A stretch of 64,000 nt of DNA from Escherichia phage FL08: the sequence record PP400785. The stretch is one strand, 5' to 3'. Of the stretch, positions 19,610 to 29,953 are shown in pieces. The notes beneath the pieces are model-generated. The model searched no databases and was not told where the DNA came from. It saw nothing but the letters and a program-made list of their open reading frames with translations. A program made the translations under genes and the position numbers. The number at the start of each line of letters is the position of its first letter. Position 1 is the stretch's first letter.

Positions 19610-19670
19610 ATAGTTGTATAGTACCATGGAAGAACAGTCTTGTAAACAGTTTTGTGAAAATTTTTTTAGG
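19610..19670 (-). promoter_or_regulatory. early promoter cassette (GTTTAC -35, TACTATAC -10, A/T-rich UP element)
   Basis: Minus strand aaaattttcacaaaactGTTTAC-18nt-TACTATAC; -10 and leader repeated near-identically at 47770..47830, 62488..62550. Confidence 0.6.
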
Positions 19671-19735
19671 GAATTCTAAAGGTCCAGAATCATCTGTTTT
19701 TCATAAGTATAGATTTATATTACTTGTATGAAAAA

Positions 19736-19751
19736 GGGACCCGGAGGTCCC
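19736..19751 (-). terminator. intrinsic terminator hairpin downstream of gene 43
   Basis: gggacc-cgga-ggtccc hairpin followed by U-run on minus transcript. Confidence 0.6.
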
Positions 19752-19764
19752 TAGATTTATTCTA

Positions 19765-22461
19765 TCAGCCAAACAGGAAGTCTAACGAAGCTTTTTCTTC
19801 ATAGTCCATACCAGCCGATTCACACATGCCTGCAAGCGGTTTAACAAACGATTTTTGGAACAAAGTTGAGTAGTCAATCCAAGACAGTACGTCAGAACGA
19901 ATTTCTTTTGGAAGTTCTGTACCCGACGGCCAAGCAATGCACTTGTCACCAAATGGATTTCCTTCACGCAATGGAAGAACCATTACTTTATTTCCATCCA
20001 AAATTGGAGCTACACCTAAACCGCTAACAGCTCGACGATAAGTTAGCACACCACGAATATGGAACGGACATTTAAATCCTGGCCAACCTTTATCATCATA
20101 TTTCGCTATATCGTTCGCAGTTTTTACTTCAGCAATAACTTTATAGTCAAGTTGACGATATTCTTTCTCGAAGTTCTTGTAATATTCTTGGACAGACTCT
20201 TCACCTTCCTGAAGAATACGACGAATACTTTCTTCGAGAGCTTCTTGGACCGCTTTAGGCGTTGAACTCTGCTGAGTTTCCATACCCATGATTTTTAGAT
20301 GTGGTTCAGCAAAACGCTTATCTTCCATATCATAAACGTTCAGAGCATAACGCTTTTTCGCTTTCCAAAATCCACCAACGCCCTTTGAACCAAGTGGAGG
20401 GCAAGAAATAGCTTCACGGTCCATATGCATCAGATGCTCGCGGTTATTCATATAATCACATAACTCACGATATGCAACATCAATCATAGGTTCCATCTTT
20501 TTCTTACCGAACTGATTCATGAATTCAACTAAATCGTTCTGCTCTTTGAATCGGTCAAGACCAACTTTTTCAATAACTTTATCTACACAAACATATACCG
20601 AATCAGTATCACCTGCTGCAATGAAATCTTCGCCATTAGTTCCGCATACTTTATTCAGATATTCATTAATTTTACGAGCAATCCACTGAATACCGACTTG
20701 GCCAAAAATTGTGATAGCAGTAGCATTTCGCAAATCATAGTAACGGAAATGAATATTACCAAGAGCACCATAAAGACTGTTAATGAGAATTTTACGGTTC
20801 AGCTGATTTGTATTAGCAAGTGTAGCCGCTTTTTCACATTCTTCAATCAGACTATTGAGAACAGATTCGGTGTAATTCGACAGTTCATTTAAAAAATCAT
20901 CAGTGAACTTAACATATCGTTCAACTTCTGGTTTAGTTGAACAAGACCCTGCGCCTTTCATAATAATCTTTTTAATAGCTTCGGCATTCATTTCTTCAGC
21001 GAACATTTTCTTTTTCCAGTCTTTACGCTGGAAAAATACTTTAGCGATTTCCTTTGGAATGATACCTTCTTGATGCTTATCATACATCCATCCATTCGGA
21101 GAACAAGAATATTCTTCACTTGGCTTAGGAGCTGTTCCTGCGATATATTCATGAATTGGATGAACTTTAAATTGTCCACGAATAGTCTCAGGACTAATGT
21201 TAACCTGACGAATAATGCTCGGATACAGAGACGTCAAGTCAAAACTCATAATATATCGACGAGCAATTGGTTTAGGTTCAAACACAAATGCACCCGGAAA
21301 ACTCTGTTTAACGTGCGAACCTTGTTGAGGAATAACCTTATGTTCACCTTTCAATGAGTTAAAAATAATAGCATCCCAGGTTTTAATAGGACTCATTACA
21401 CCAGAAAAAGGCATTTTAGCGTAATAAGACATACTTAAAACTAGATCGATAAACCCGCGAATTTTATCAATTGCTTGAACTGATTCTACGTCAATGATGT
21501 TATAACTAATGTATCGTTGATGATTAGTCTCACGAAGTTTATTAATAGGACCATCATACGGTAATTTACCTTTTTTGGTTTCATGTTGAGCAACTGATTC
21601 CAAAGAGAATGACGGCAAATTAGTAAAAGCGAATTTCTTGTACAAATCTAAATAATCAAGAATAGATACGCCATCAATAGAATAAATTTCTTTGCTACCG
21701 TACATATTTTGAATTAGTTTAGATTTTACTCGACCGATTGGAGAGAAGCGTTTCATACTACGTTCACCGAGAACCATTTTAACACGATTCATGATATACG
21801 GAACGTCAAATCCCTCAATATTCCAACCGGTAAAAATAGCAGGTCGTTTCTGTTCCCAGAGATTAATATATTCCATGAGCATATCACGCTCATTATCAAA
21901 TGACATATAAATTACTCGGTCAAGAATTTCTTGAGGAACTTCATCACCACCTTCACAGTCAAGCTTAGCAGCTAACTTTGCATCCCATTTTGATACTGAA
22001 CCGTACATTGAATTCAACAAATCAAAGACGTAAAAACGATCGTCAATTGAATCATAATGAGTGATAGCATCAATTTCATATTCAGCTTTCATTGGGTCAG
22101 GAAATTTATCACCAGTAACCTCAATGTCACAGTTAGCTACACGAACAAATTTTCGGTCATAAACAATTTCTGAACCATACGTATCACTGATATAAGCGAG
22201 TTTAAAATCGTTCATACCAAGAGCTTCGAGACCGATGTCTTCCATTCGCTTCATCCAATCTCGAGCATCTTTCATTGATTGAAATTTTTGAGGAGCGCAA
22301 TTTTTACCATAAATGTCTTTGTACTTTGACTCTTCCTTACAATGCCTAAACATAGTTGGAAGATATTCTACTTCACGAGTACGTTCCTTTCCGTTTTCAT
22401 CAATATAACGTTCAACAATGTTATTTCCGACTGTTTCGATAGAGATATAAAATTCTTTCAT
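19765..22461 (-). CDS. 43: DNA polymerase (gp43, family B)
   Basis: 898 aa (T4 gp43 size); exonuclease and polymerase motifs incl. DTDS; sequence recognisable as T4 gp43. Confidence 0.95.
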   Translation of the reverse strand: MKEFYISIETVGNNIVERYIDENGKERTREVEYLPTMFRHCKEESKYKDIYGKNCAPQKFQSMKDARDWMKRMEDIGLEALGMNDFKLAYISDTYGSEIVYDRKFVRVANCDIEVTGDKFPDPMKAEYEIDAITHYDSIDDRFYVFDLLNSMYGSVSKWDAKLAAKLDCEGGDEVPQEILDRVIYMSFDNERDMLMEYINLWEQKRPAIFTGWNIEGFDVPYIMNRVKMVLGERSMKRFSPIGRVKSKLIQNMYGSKEIYSIDGVSILDYLDLYKKFAFTNLPSFSLESVAQHETKKGKLPYDGPINKLRETNHQRYISYNIIDVESVQAIDKIRGFIDLVLSMSYYAKMPFSGVMSPIKTWDAIIFNSLKGEHKVIPQQGSHVKQSFPGAFVFEPKPIARRYIMSFDLTSLYPSIIRQVNISPETIRGQFKVHPIHEYIAGTAPKPSEEYSCSPNGWMYDKHQEGIIPKEIAKVFFQRKDWKKKMFAEEMNAEAIKKIIMKGAGSCSTKPEVERYVKFTDDFLNELSNYTESVLNSLIEECEKAATLANTNQLNRKILINSLYGALGNIHFRYYDLRNATAITIFGQVGIQWIARKINEYLNKVCGTNGEDFIAAGDTDSVYVCVDKVIEKVGLDRFKEQNDLVEFMNQFGKKKMEPMIDVAYRELCDYMNNREHLMHMDREAISCPPLGSKGVGGFWKAKKRYALNVYDMEDKRFAEPHLKIMGMETQQSSTPKAVQEALEESIRRILQEGEESVQEYYKNFEKEYRQLDYKVIAEVKTANDIAKYDDKGWPGFKCPFHIRGVLTYRRAVSGLGVAPILDGNKVMVLPLREGNPFGDKCIAWPSGTELPKEIRSDVLSWIDYSTLFQKSFVKPLAGMCESAGMDYEEKASLDFLFG

Positions 22462-22521
22462 AGATATTCCTTAGTTTATAGCCCGAGTTATTAGGCTCTT
22501 GATATATTATACTCCAATTAA

Positions 22522-22535
22522 GGGGCCGAAGCCCC
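22522..22535 (-). terminator. UUCG-tetraloop hairpin between regA operon and gene 43
   Basis: ggggc-cgaa-gcccc on plus = GGGGC-UUCG-GCCCC in minus transcript. Confidence 0.55.
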
Positions 22536-22539
22536 TTGC

Positions 22540-22761
22540 TTAAATTAGTACTATTTGTCGGGTGAAAATTGTCAATCCATCTGCATTAATTGACTTAACG
22601 ACCGCGGTAAAGTGTTTTTGTTCTGGGTGAACTAATTTTTGAAATTCTACCTGAAATTTTAGTTGAAGGTTTTCTGGTAAATCGAAAAGTGTTTCTGTTG
22701 CAGAAAGACTATATTTTTCTTTAAGAGACGCCATGTATTCTTGCGGAGTTATAGCAGTCAT
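22540..22761 (-). CDS. hypothetical protein (73 aa)
   Basis: ORF between regA and 43; start trimmed to internal ATG abutting regA stop. Confidence 0.4.
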   Translation of the reverse strand: MTAITPQEYMASLKEKYSLSATETLFDLPENLQLKFQVEFQKLVHPEQKHFTAVVKSINADGLTIFTRQIVLI

Positions 22762-22762
22762 A

Positions 22763-23131
22763 TTAATTACCAATCGTATATTTAGGAACGAGTTTCCATT
22801 CATGTTTTTGTTTAAAAGAAATAACTCGGAAGTTATTAGTTAAATCTTTCATAAAAGTTCTTTGACCAGGAACGATTTCAATCAGTCCCCAATCTTCTAA
22901 TAGCCATGCAATCGAATCACGACGAACTTCATCTTCTTCTGTCATTTCAACTTGACGACCATCCATACGAAGCATTTCTTTAAAATGAACGATATAGTAT
23001 AGTCCTTTTTTCTGAAGAATATGACAGGACTGATACAGAACTTTATCTTTATTATTAGCAATTCCCATACGAGTCAAAGTTTCTTTTACTTTCAGAAAAT
23101 CTTCAGGTTTTTTAAGAGTAATTTCAATCAT
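22763..23131 (-). CDS. regA: translational repressor RegA
   Basis: 122 aa; sequence recognisable as T4 RegA; position downstream of 62. Confidence 0.9.
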   Translation of the reverse strand: MIEITLKKPEDFLKVKETLTRMGIANNKDKVLYQSCHILQKKGLYYIVHFKEMLRMDGRQVEMTEEDEVRRDSIAWLLEDWGLIEIVPGQRTFMKDLTNNFRVISFKQKHEWKLVPKYTIGN

Positions 23132-23132
23132 T

Positions 23133-23696
23133 TTACCATTCCAATGCTAGTTTTTTGAGTTGTTTCTGTTCTTTTACGTTCTTAGTCACTTCTTTCAAAA
23201 AATCATCCGTGACTAAACCTTTTAGTTCTTTTAATACTAAAGGAAGTTTTCCATTTTTAGTAAGAATTGATTTATAGTTAATTGCATCATTTGTATTAAC
23301 TTGATACCGCTTAGCAAGTAACTTAATAATCAATACTTCGGTGGAATCTTCAACCAGTTTTGCCCATTTACCATATCTTTTACCACGAGGAACTGCAGCC
23401 ATTAGATAATTAAAATGAGCTTCATCACTTAAGCCTGATCCAATTAAATTCATAGCATATACAGCTGGCATGCACTCTGGAAATTGTGATAATGCATTTT
23501 CAACCATGAATTTTGAATAATCTTTTTGGGCAATTGAGCATTTAGTTTTATTATTAATAGCTCCAATTATTTCAAAAAATTCATTTTCAGCTTTTTCTTT
23601 AAAAGAATCAGCAGCAGATTGGACAGCTGTCCAATCTTTTGAATACCAAGCAACTTGATGCTCGTTTAATTGAATATCATCTTCAAATAAGCTCAT
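23133..23696 (-). CDS. 62: clamp loader small subunit (gp62)
   Basis: 187 aa (T4 gp62 size); between 44 and regA. Confidence 0.85.
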   Translation of the reverse strand: MSLFEDDIQLNEHQVAWYSKDWTAVQSAADSFKEKAENEFFEIIGAINNKTKCSIAQKDYSKFMVENALSQFPECMPAVYAMNLIGSGLSDEAHFNYLMAAVPRGKRYGKWAKLVEDSTEVLIIKLLAKRYQVNTNDAINYKSILTKNGKLPLVLKELKGLVTDDFLKEVTKNVKEQKQLKKLALEW

Positions 23697-23697
23697 A

Positions 23698-24672
23698 TCA
23701 CTTCCACTGCATTTCGCATGCTAATTGAATGAAAAGATAAGCTAAATGCAATTCAGTATTAGCTGCAATACCATGATACTGATTATTTTCGCCGACAATT
23801 TCGTACATACGAATAATACTCTGTGGTGTTACACGTGAATAGATTTCTTCGGCAAGTTTACCCACGAACCACGAATAATCGGCTGCATATTTTGGTGCTA
23901 AAGCTCTGAGTTGTTTAACATCTTTATTTTTGAGAGACTCAAGAACATCATCAATAGCACCACGATCGTTAGTAACCAGTGATAAAATACCAGCATCCAA
24001 AACACCTTTAGATGAATAACTATCGAGCTCACCAATAGTTTTACGAAAATCAGGAAAATTCTTTTTAACCAAAGCTGCTACAACTTTCATATCAGCTATA
24101 GCAATTCCTTCATGCTTGCAGATTTCAGTCAATCGACGAATCATCTGCTTCATCATTTCAATTTTATCTTCATCAGTCGGTTGACCGAATGTAATAACAC
24201 GACAGCGTGACTGAAGCGGTTTAATAATACCATCAATATTGTTAGCAGTAATAATAATACTACAGTTTGAACTATAAGCTTCCATAAAGGAACGAAGATG
24301 TCGCTGAGACTCTGCTAACCCTGAACGGTCAAATTCATCAATAACGATTACTTTTTGACGACCATCAAATGAAGCTGCACTAGCAAAATTAGTCAAAGGA
24401 CCACGAACGAAATCAATTTTACAATCTGACCCATTCACAAACATCATATCAGCATTTACATCATGACACAATGCTTTTGCTACAGTCGTTTTACCTGTTC
24501 CTGGAGAAGGAGAATGAAGAATAATATGTGGAATTTTACCTTTACTTGTAATAGATTTAAAGGTTTCTTTATCAAAGGCGGGAAGAATACATTCATCGAT
24601 AGTAGATGGACGATATTTCTGTTCAAGAATGTGTTCTTTTTCATTTACGGTAATCATAATTTCCTCATTCAA
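23698..24672 (-). CDS. 44: clamp loader ATPase subunit (gp44, AAA+)
   Basis: 324 aa; Walker [15 protein letters not shown] Walker B, SRC-like motif. Confidence 0.9.
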   Translation of the reverse strand: MNEEIMITVNEKEHILEQKYRPSTIDECILPAFDKETFKSITSKGKIPHIILHSPSPGTGKTTVAKALCHDVNADMMFVNGSDCKIDFVRGPLTNFASAASFDGRQKVIVIDEFDRSGLAESQRHLRSFMEAYSSNCSIIITANNIDGIIKPLQSRCRVITFGQPTDEDKIEMMKQMIRRLTEICKHEGIAIADMKVVAALVKKNFPDFRKTIGELDSYSSKGVLDAGILSLVTNDRGAIDDVLESLKNKDVKQLRALAPKYAADYSWFVGKLAEEIYSRVTPQSIIRMYEIVGENNQYHGIAANTELHLAYLFIQLACEMQWK

Positions 24673-24692
24673 GTTTTAGTGTAAATTATAAA

Positions 24693-24704
24693 GGGCCGAA
24701 GCCC
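24693..24704 (-). terminator. UUCG-tetraloop hairpin between 45 and 44
   Basis: gggccgaagccc inverted repeat followed by U-rich tract on minus transcript. Confidence 0.5.
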
Positions 24705-24708
24705 TCTA

Positions 24709-25395
24709 TTAAAAATCATGGGTAGAATCAGCTTCAAGAGCTACTACATAATTCGCGTGTTCACCTTCAAATTTAGCAGCACCTTGTTTACCTTTTGCCC
24801 AGAGCAGAAGTTTATAATTTCCTGGTTGCATTTTCATATTTGCCATATTGATAATGAAATTAAATGTATTTTCACCATCATAATCACCAAGAGTCAAAGA
24901 ATATTTAACACGGGTCAGAGCAGAATCTTCTACTTTATTAAAACCGTTAATTACGATTTTACCTTCTTTTACTGTGATAGCAATTGTATCAATTTGCAGA
25001 CCACGAGATACACGTAACAGTTGTTGAAGGTCTTCAGCTTTAATTTCGGTAACAACAGATGCTACCGGGAATGGAATTGGTTTATTAGGAGCAACTACTG
25101 TACTTGGATCGGCTGCTGGCCAAAAAATTGTTGAGCGAGCATCAGCAATTTTAATATTTCCATCTTCTGACTGGGAAATTTCTGCATCATCATTAACTAG
25201 AGACAGAATACCGAGAAAACCGTTCAAATCGTAAATTGCTACATCAAAATCAATAACGTCAGAAATATTTGCTTCCGCATAAGTTGTACCATTAACTGCG
25301 CGAGTCATAATAAATTGACCGGATTTAAGCATAATACCAGAGTTAATAGTAGCGAAATTTTTAAGCAGAGCAGTAGTATCTTTAGACAGTTTCAT
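24709..25395 (-). CDS. 45: sliding clamp (gp45)
   Basis: 228 aa; sequence recognisable as T4 gp45. Confidence 0.9.
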   Translation of the reverse strand: MKLSKDTTALLKNFATINSGIMLKSGQFIMTRAVNGTTYAEANISDVIDFDVAIYDLNGFLGILSLVNDDAEISQSEDGNIKIADARSTIFWPAADPSTVVAPNKPIPFPVASVVTEIKAEDLQQLLRVSRGLQIDTIAITVKEGKIVINGFNKVEDSALTRVKYSLTLGDYDGENTFNFIINMANMKMQPGNYKLLLWAKGKQGAAKFEGEHANYVVALEADSTHDF

Positions 25396-25450
25396 GTAAT
25401 TTCCTTCAATTCAAATGAGATTTAATTTTATAACTAATTTAATAAAGCAA

Positions 25451-25840
25451 TTAACGATTAAAATCAGCTGCGATTGTTTCGGCAACAATTTGAGCAGCAA
25501 CAATTAGACGTTCATCTGCATTGCCGCAATATTCATCTTCAAGGCGTTCACCACATGAAGTCATAATAAATTTAGCACCAGCGTTTAGGGATTCTGTAGT
25601 ATGTTTGCGCATTAGTTCAATCCATTTATTACTTACTTCACGATCGATAGCTTCATAATACGCATGACGAGCAGGTGCAGATTTAATTTTGTTCTGAATA
25701 ACTTCCATTGCGTTATCAGAAAGAGACAAAACCCATGCTCGACGAATTTTATTTTGGTTTTGTGGATTTGATTCAGAACGCACGTGTTTTGGCTGAATAT
25801 CTTTTACATCAACAGTATAATTCACAGTAATTTTAGTCAT
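25451..25840 (-). CDS. rpbA: RNA polymerase binding protein RpbA
   Basis: 129 aa (T4 RpbA size), located just upstream of 45. Confidence 0.7.
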   Translation of the reverse strand: MTKITVNYTVDVKDIQPKHVRSESNPQNQNKIRRAWVLSLSDNAMEVIQNKIKSAPARHAYYEAIDREVSNKWIELMRKHTTESLNAGAKFIMTSCGERLEDEYCGNADERLIVAAQIVAETIAADFNR

Positions 25841-25849
25841 AATACACCT

Positions 25850-26041
25850 TTAGTCATAATAATCAGTAACAGTCCAAGCTTCATTTCTATTGGACATTAT
25901 TTTTGTATATTCTGCTTTAAATGCATTCCTAAGCATAGATTCAGTAACTATATGCTCTTCATTAGAAAAATTATTTCTCAGAATATATCGTTTTATTTCA
26001 GGAATAGTTAATAGATGCTGTCCGGTTGAATATTCTGCCAC
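25850..26041 (-). CDS. hypothetical protein (63 aa)
   Basis: small ORF upstream of rpbA (45.2-like position). Confidence 0.4.
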   Translation of the reverse strand: MAEYSTGQHLLTIPEIKRYILRNNFSNEEHIVTESMLRNAFKAEYTKIMSNRNEAWTVTDYYD

Positions 26042-26092
26042 AATTCCTCCGTATAAATATGTTTATCACTCGCTGTATCAAAAGGATATGTT

Positions 26093-26809
26093 ATGAATTA
26101 TAAACTAATTTATGAAAAGTTAATCTCTAATGCTAAATCTCGAAAACTTGATTGCTATACTGAATCTCATCACATTATACCACGCTGTTTAAATGGCAGC
26201 GATGATGCTTCAAACTTAGTAGATTTAACACCAGAAGAGCACTATGTAGCTCATCAACTTTTAGTAAAAATTTATCCTTCTGAACCAAAATTAGTCTATG
26301 CTGCTAACATGATGACAGTTTCCACGAAATACGCTAAACGCAACAATAAAACTTTCGGTTGGATTCGTCGTAAACTCTGGGAAATAGAAAAGAATAAAGA
26401 ATTCTCCCAAGAGACACGAAAGAAAATGTCTGATGCAGTAGCTAATAAAGCAAGACTAACTTGTCCTCATTGCGGTAAGTCTGGATTAAGCGGGAATATG
26501 AATCGATGGCATTTTGATAACTGCCCGAATCACCCTAATCCTAAAGTTAGACCACCGATGTCTAAAGAACACAGAAATAATATCTCAAACGGGCTTAAAG
26601 CAATCATTCTTGAAGAAACATCCTGCGAATTCTGCGGAATGATAGGCAAGAAATGCGTTATCGCAGCGCATAGAAATTTCTGCAAGAAAAATCCAAATGG
26701 ACGCAAGAAAACTGAAAAGACTGGTACTTGCGTCCATTGTGGTAAAGTTACCACTTTCGGAAATTTATCAAGGTGGCATAATGATAACTGTAAATATAAA
26801 CCTAGCTAA
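26093..26809 (+). CDS. HNH homing endonuclease (Mob-like) with C-terminal Cys-rich zinc-finger repeats
   Basis: Plus strand; N-terminal ESHHIIPRCLNGSDD...NLV.LT.EEH..AH HNH motif shared with the two minus-strand HNH genes; CPHCG / CEFCG / CVHCG repeats. Confidence 0.8.
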   Translation: MNYKLIYEKLISNAKSRKLDCYTESHHIIPRCLNGSDDASNLVDLTPEEHYVAHQLLVKIYPSEPKLVYAANMMTVSTKYAKRNNKTFGWIRRKLWEIEKNKEFSQETRKKMSDAVANKARLTCPHCGKSGLSGNMNRWHFDNCPNHPNPKVRPPMSKEHRNNISNGLKAIILEETSCEFCGMIGKKCVIAAHRNFCKKNPNGRKKTEKTGTCVHCGKVTTFGNLSRWHNDNCKYKPS

Positions 26810-28490
26810 TCTTAGCTAAACTAAATCTACCAACTTTTTCCATTTGAATATGCTGACCATATTCTTGTGGGTCATGGTCTTTATGCGAAATTATGAAGAA
26901 GTTGGTATCCTTCAAACCATCTAAAATTTTAGCTACATTTTTAATACCTTCAGCATCAAATGCACCGTCATACACTTCATCAAGAAATAAACAACTTATT
27001 TTAACACCTGAAACTTTTTCAGCAATATCACGCCAAGTAAATAAAAGAGCAATATCAATTCGTGCTTTTTCGCCTTGACTGAATGAAGCATAACTAAAAT
27101 CTTCGCGACCGCGGGATTTAATTGTCTCATTAAATTCTTCATCTAATGTAAACACATAATCCGCTTCCATTATTTTAAGATAATGGTTAATCTGCTTATT
27201 AAATAATGGAATGTACTTTTTAATAATAGCACCTTTAATACCAGAATCTTTGAGCATATCAGTCAAAATTCCTCGGTGGTATTTTTCCATTACCAAATTA
27301 GTTTTTGTCTTAACAATTTTATCAAGTTCTTCTTGAAGCAGTGCTATTTCATCAGCATGGTCAATAAACTCAGAAGATGCTTTTTCTATAGCTGCTTTAA
27401 CTTTTTTGGCTTTATCTACCGTCGTGATTAGAGATTGCTTTTTATTGCGAATATCATTTGCCAACGACTGTTGGGTTTTAATATTATCTCGGTATTCATC
27501 AACAAGAACTTTTAAATTATCACGATGTGTTGAAAGCTGTTCAAACGAATGAGTACATTCAGAAACTTTATCTTTAATTTTAGAAACAACTTTATCACCG
27601 GAACTTAATTGTGACAAACAGGTTGGACATAATCCACCTTCGTGATACATATTAATGACTTTATTATACGAGTCAATTTTCGATTTAATTAAAAATGCTT
27701 CTTGGCCGATTTTATTAAATGCATCAGTCGGGTCTTCATCCAAAACAATATTAACTAATCTTTCATTAGCTTCTTCTATTTCCGATTTTAGCGTTCTAGC
27801 TTCTTTTGCCAAATCATCGTACATATTTTGCAGACGAGTAAGGTTGTCACCCGTTAATTTTTTCTGGCGTTCAACGTTATCATTATATATTTTAATTTGT
27901 TGGATAATACTATCTCTTTTAACATCAAGCACTTGGTTTTGTGAATTTAATTCACGTATTAGCGCTTTATTAAGCTTATCCATTTCAGCTAATGTTCCTA
28001 CCTCAAGCAGGTCTTCCACAAGCTTTCTTCGTGCAGGGGTCGACAAACCCATGAAAGGGGTATACCCTGCTGTACCAAGGACAACAATCTGCTTGAAACT
28101 GGCATATGACATTCCGATAAGCTGTTCAAATTCTGCTTGGAAATCTTTACTGCTGGCAGATTCATTAAGACGTGTACCGTTAACGGTGATTTCGAAAACG
28201 TTTGGTTTTTGTCCTCTTTTGATATAGTACTTTTTCTCATCATATTCCATCCACAGTTCAACTAAAAGTTCTTTCTTATTTGTGCTGTTTATTAATTGAC
28301 CTTTCTTTACATCACGGAATGGCTTGCCAAAAAGCCCAAATGTGATGGCTTCTAACATAGTAGACTTACCACCGCCATTTCGTCCAGTAATAAGAGTTTT
28401 TTGAACCTTATCTAATTGAATGTCAATAGGATTTCCACCTACTGACATTATATTTTGATACCTAACTCGGTTTAGTTTAAAATTCTTCAC
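26802..28490 (-). CDS. 46: recombination endonuclease subunit gp46 (Rad50/SbcC-like)
   Basis: 562 aa; Walker A GRNGGGKST, central coiled coil with CPTC zinc hook, C-terminal signature/Walker B LFLDE. Confidence 0.9.
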   Translation of the reverse strand: MKNFKLNRVRYQNIMSVGGNPIDIQLDKVQKTLITGRNGGGKSTMLEAITFGLFGKPFRDVKKGQLINSTNKKELLVELWMEYDEKKYYIKRGQKPNVFEITVNGTRLNESASSKDFQAEFEQLIGMSYASFKQIVVLGTAGYTPFMGLSTPARRKLVEDLLEVGTLAEMDKLNKALIRELNSQNQVLDVKRDSIIQQIKIYNDNVERQKKLTGDNLTRLQNMYDDLAKEARTLKSEIEEANERLVNIVLDEDPTDAFNKIGQEAFLIKSKIDSYNKVINMYHEGGLCPTCLSQLSSGDKVVSKIKDKVSECTHSFEQLSTHRDNLKVLVDEYRDNIKTQQSLANDIRNKKQSLITTVDKAKKVKAAIEKASSEFIDHADEIALLQEELDKIVKTKTNLVMEKYHRGILTDMLKDSGIKGAIIKKYIPLFNKQINHYLKIMEADYVFTLDEEFNETIKSRGREDFSYASFSQGEKARIDIALLFTWRDIAEKVSGVKISCLFLDEVYDGAFDAEGIKNVAKILDGLKDTNFFIISHKDHDPQEYGQHIQMEKVGRFSLAKIS

Positions 28491-28750
28491 AAAAGATTCC
28501 TTTTAATGTATCTTTTAGACCATTCTATCATATCATCATAATCTAAAAAGTATTCATCAAATTCAGCCATGCAAACAACACCTTGTGCTGCTTTTGATGT
28601 GATATAAATTATTCCAACATATCTAGAATCTTCTTCGGTATAATCAATGTTTGCTATGAATTCATCATTAATGTCAAATGTCGAAAACTTCACAGTATGC
28701 ATCCTTAATACAAGATACGGCCATATCTCGCAATGATTTAGGTGTGTCAT
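28487..28750 (-). CDS. hypothetical protein (87 aa)
   Basis: small ORF between 47 and 46. Confidence 0.4.
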   Translation of the reverse strand: MTHLNHCEIWPYLVLRMHTVKFSTFDINDEFIANIDYTEEDSRYVGIIYITSKAAQGVVCMAEFDEYFLDYDDMIEWSKRYIKRNLL

Positions 28751-28937
28751 TATCTAAAATGTTGAAGTTAAAAGATACAGCCCAATCTGTACAGACCGTA
28801 ACTTTTTTAATACAATTATCTTCAACTTCTAGTGGTTCAAACCAATATTCAATAATTTCTTTATGCCCAATATCATCTTTTACTTCGCATTCAAAATGCT
28901 GACTCATCATAACATTTTTAAATTCATCAAAAGTCAT
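28674..28937 (-). CDS. hypothetical protein (87 aa or shorter)
   Basis: small ORF between 47 and 46; overlaps neighbour so start may be internal. Confidence 0.35.
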   Translation of the reverse strand: MTFDEFKNVMMSQHFECEVKDDIGHKEIIEYWFEPLEVEDNCIKKVTVCTDWAVSFNFNILDNDTPKSLRDMAVSCIKDAYCEVFDI

Positions 28938-29953
28938 TGTGTTGCCTCTACATATAACTGATTTGCATATTGAATAAGTGCTTCACGGTCAGAATCAGTG
29001 ATGTCTGGAATTGCATTAATGTATTCTTCCATCAACGTCTGAAGCGATTGAACTTCAACTTCTTCACTATCATCTGACCCGACAGAGTTATCAATCTTTG
29101 ACACAACTCGTAATGAATGCACAACTTTTTCTAGTTCAGATTCGAACTTCGTCAGATTTTTGTCTACTTCAGTTACTATAACACGTACTGATAGATTTGT
29201 AAAATCTTTATAGTCAATTTTTCCTTTAAATGGATAATGAATTCTACGATGCCAGGTAGTGTTGTTTGGAATAAATTCCATTCGTTCTGTTTCTGTATCA
29301 AACATCCAGAACCCACGAGGGTCATTCTCGTCACCTGCAGTTAGTGTCCATGGTGTCCCAATATACTTGACGTTTGCAGCCTCAGAAATAGTATGGAAGT
29401 GACCAGACCACACTTCTTTATAAGTCTTAAGGAAATCAGGTTCAAGACCATGAGATTTCATTCCTTTATAAAAATAAAATCCGTTCAGTTCCCAGTGACC
29501 AACACAAAAAGAAGCAGATGAAGTTTTGATATGCTCAAGAATTTCACCAGTATTTTCTTCACACATCCAAGGAATTAAATCAATCAAACATCCATCAAAA
29601 TCTACTGTAGTAGGCTTATCATACACTTTAACATTAGGATATTTAGCCAAAAGCTCAGTAGAGGCATTTGGATGCATTACATTTTTGTAGTGGAGATCGT
29701 GATTTCCTACAATAGTATGTAATGTGATTCCAGCGTCATCAAGCATTTGAACTATTTCACGGGCAAACTCCATAGTTTTATGCGTGATTGCTTTTCGCAC
29801 ATCAAAAATATCACCATATTGAATCCATACAGTAATTCCATTTTTCTTAGAATATTCTATCGCTTGCTTAATTCCATCAATTTGAATACCGCGAATCCAC
29901 TCATCATCAGCTTTAACGCCTAAATGCCAATCACCCAAGTTTAGTATTTTCAT
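28934..29953 (-). CDS. 47: recombination endonuclease subunit gp47 (Mre11/SbcD-like)
   Basis: 339 aa (T4 gp47 size); calcineurin-like phosphoesterase motifs GDWHLG, GDIFD, GNHD. Confidence 0.9.
   Translation of the reverse strand: MKILNLGDWHLGVKADDEWIRGIQIDGIKQAIEYSKKNGITVWIQYGDIFDVRKAITHKTMEFAREIVQMLDDAGITLHTIVGNHDLHYKNVMHPNASTELLAKYPNVKVYDKPTTVDFDGCLIDLIPWMCEENTGEILEHIKTSSASFCVGHWELNGFYFYKGMKSHGLEPDFLKTYKEVWSGHFHTISEAANVKYIGTPWTLTAGDENDPRGFWMFDTETERMEFIPNNTTWHRRIHYPFKGKIDYKDFTNLSVRVIVTEVDKNLTKFESELEKVVHSLRVVSKIDNSVGSDDSEEVEVQSLQTLMEEYINAIPDITDSDREALIQYANQLYVEATQ

Noticed and set aside
19782-21357. Several 60-95-aa ORFs in both orientations inside gene 43 (19782..19967, 20059..20265, 20698..20892, 20988..21179, 21070..21357)
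   Set aside because: Nested in alternative frames of the DNA polymerase gene; no independent support.
27655-28227. 190-aa plus-strand ORF inside gene 46
   Set aside because: Antisense to a well-supported ABC-ATPase gene, low-complexity Ser/Leu-rich translation, no RBS; typical antisense artefact in AT-rich DNA.
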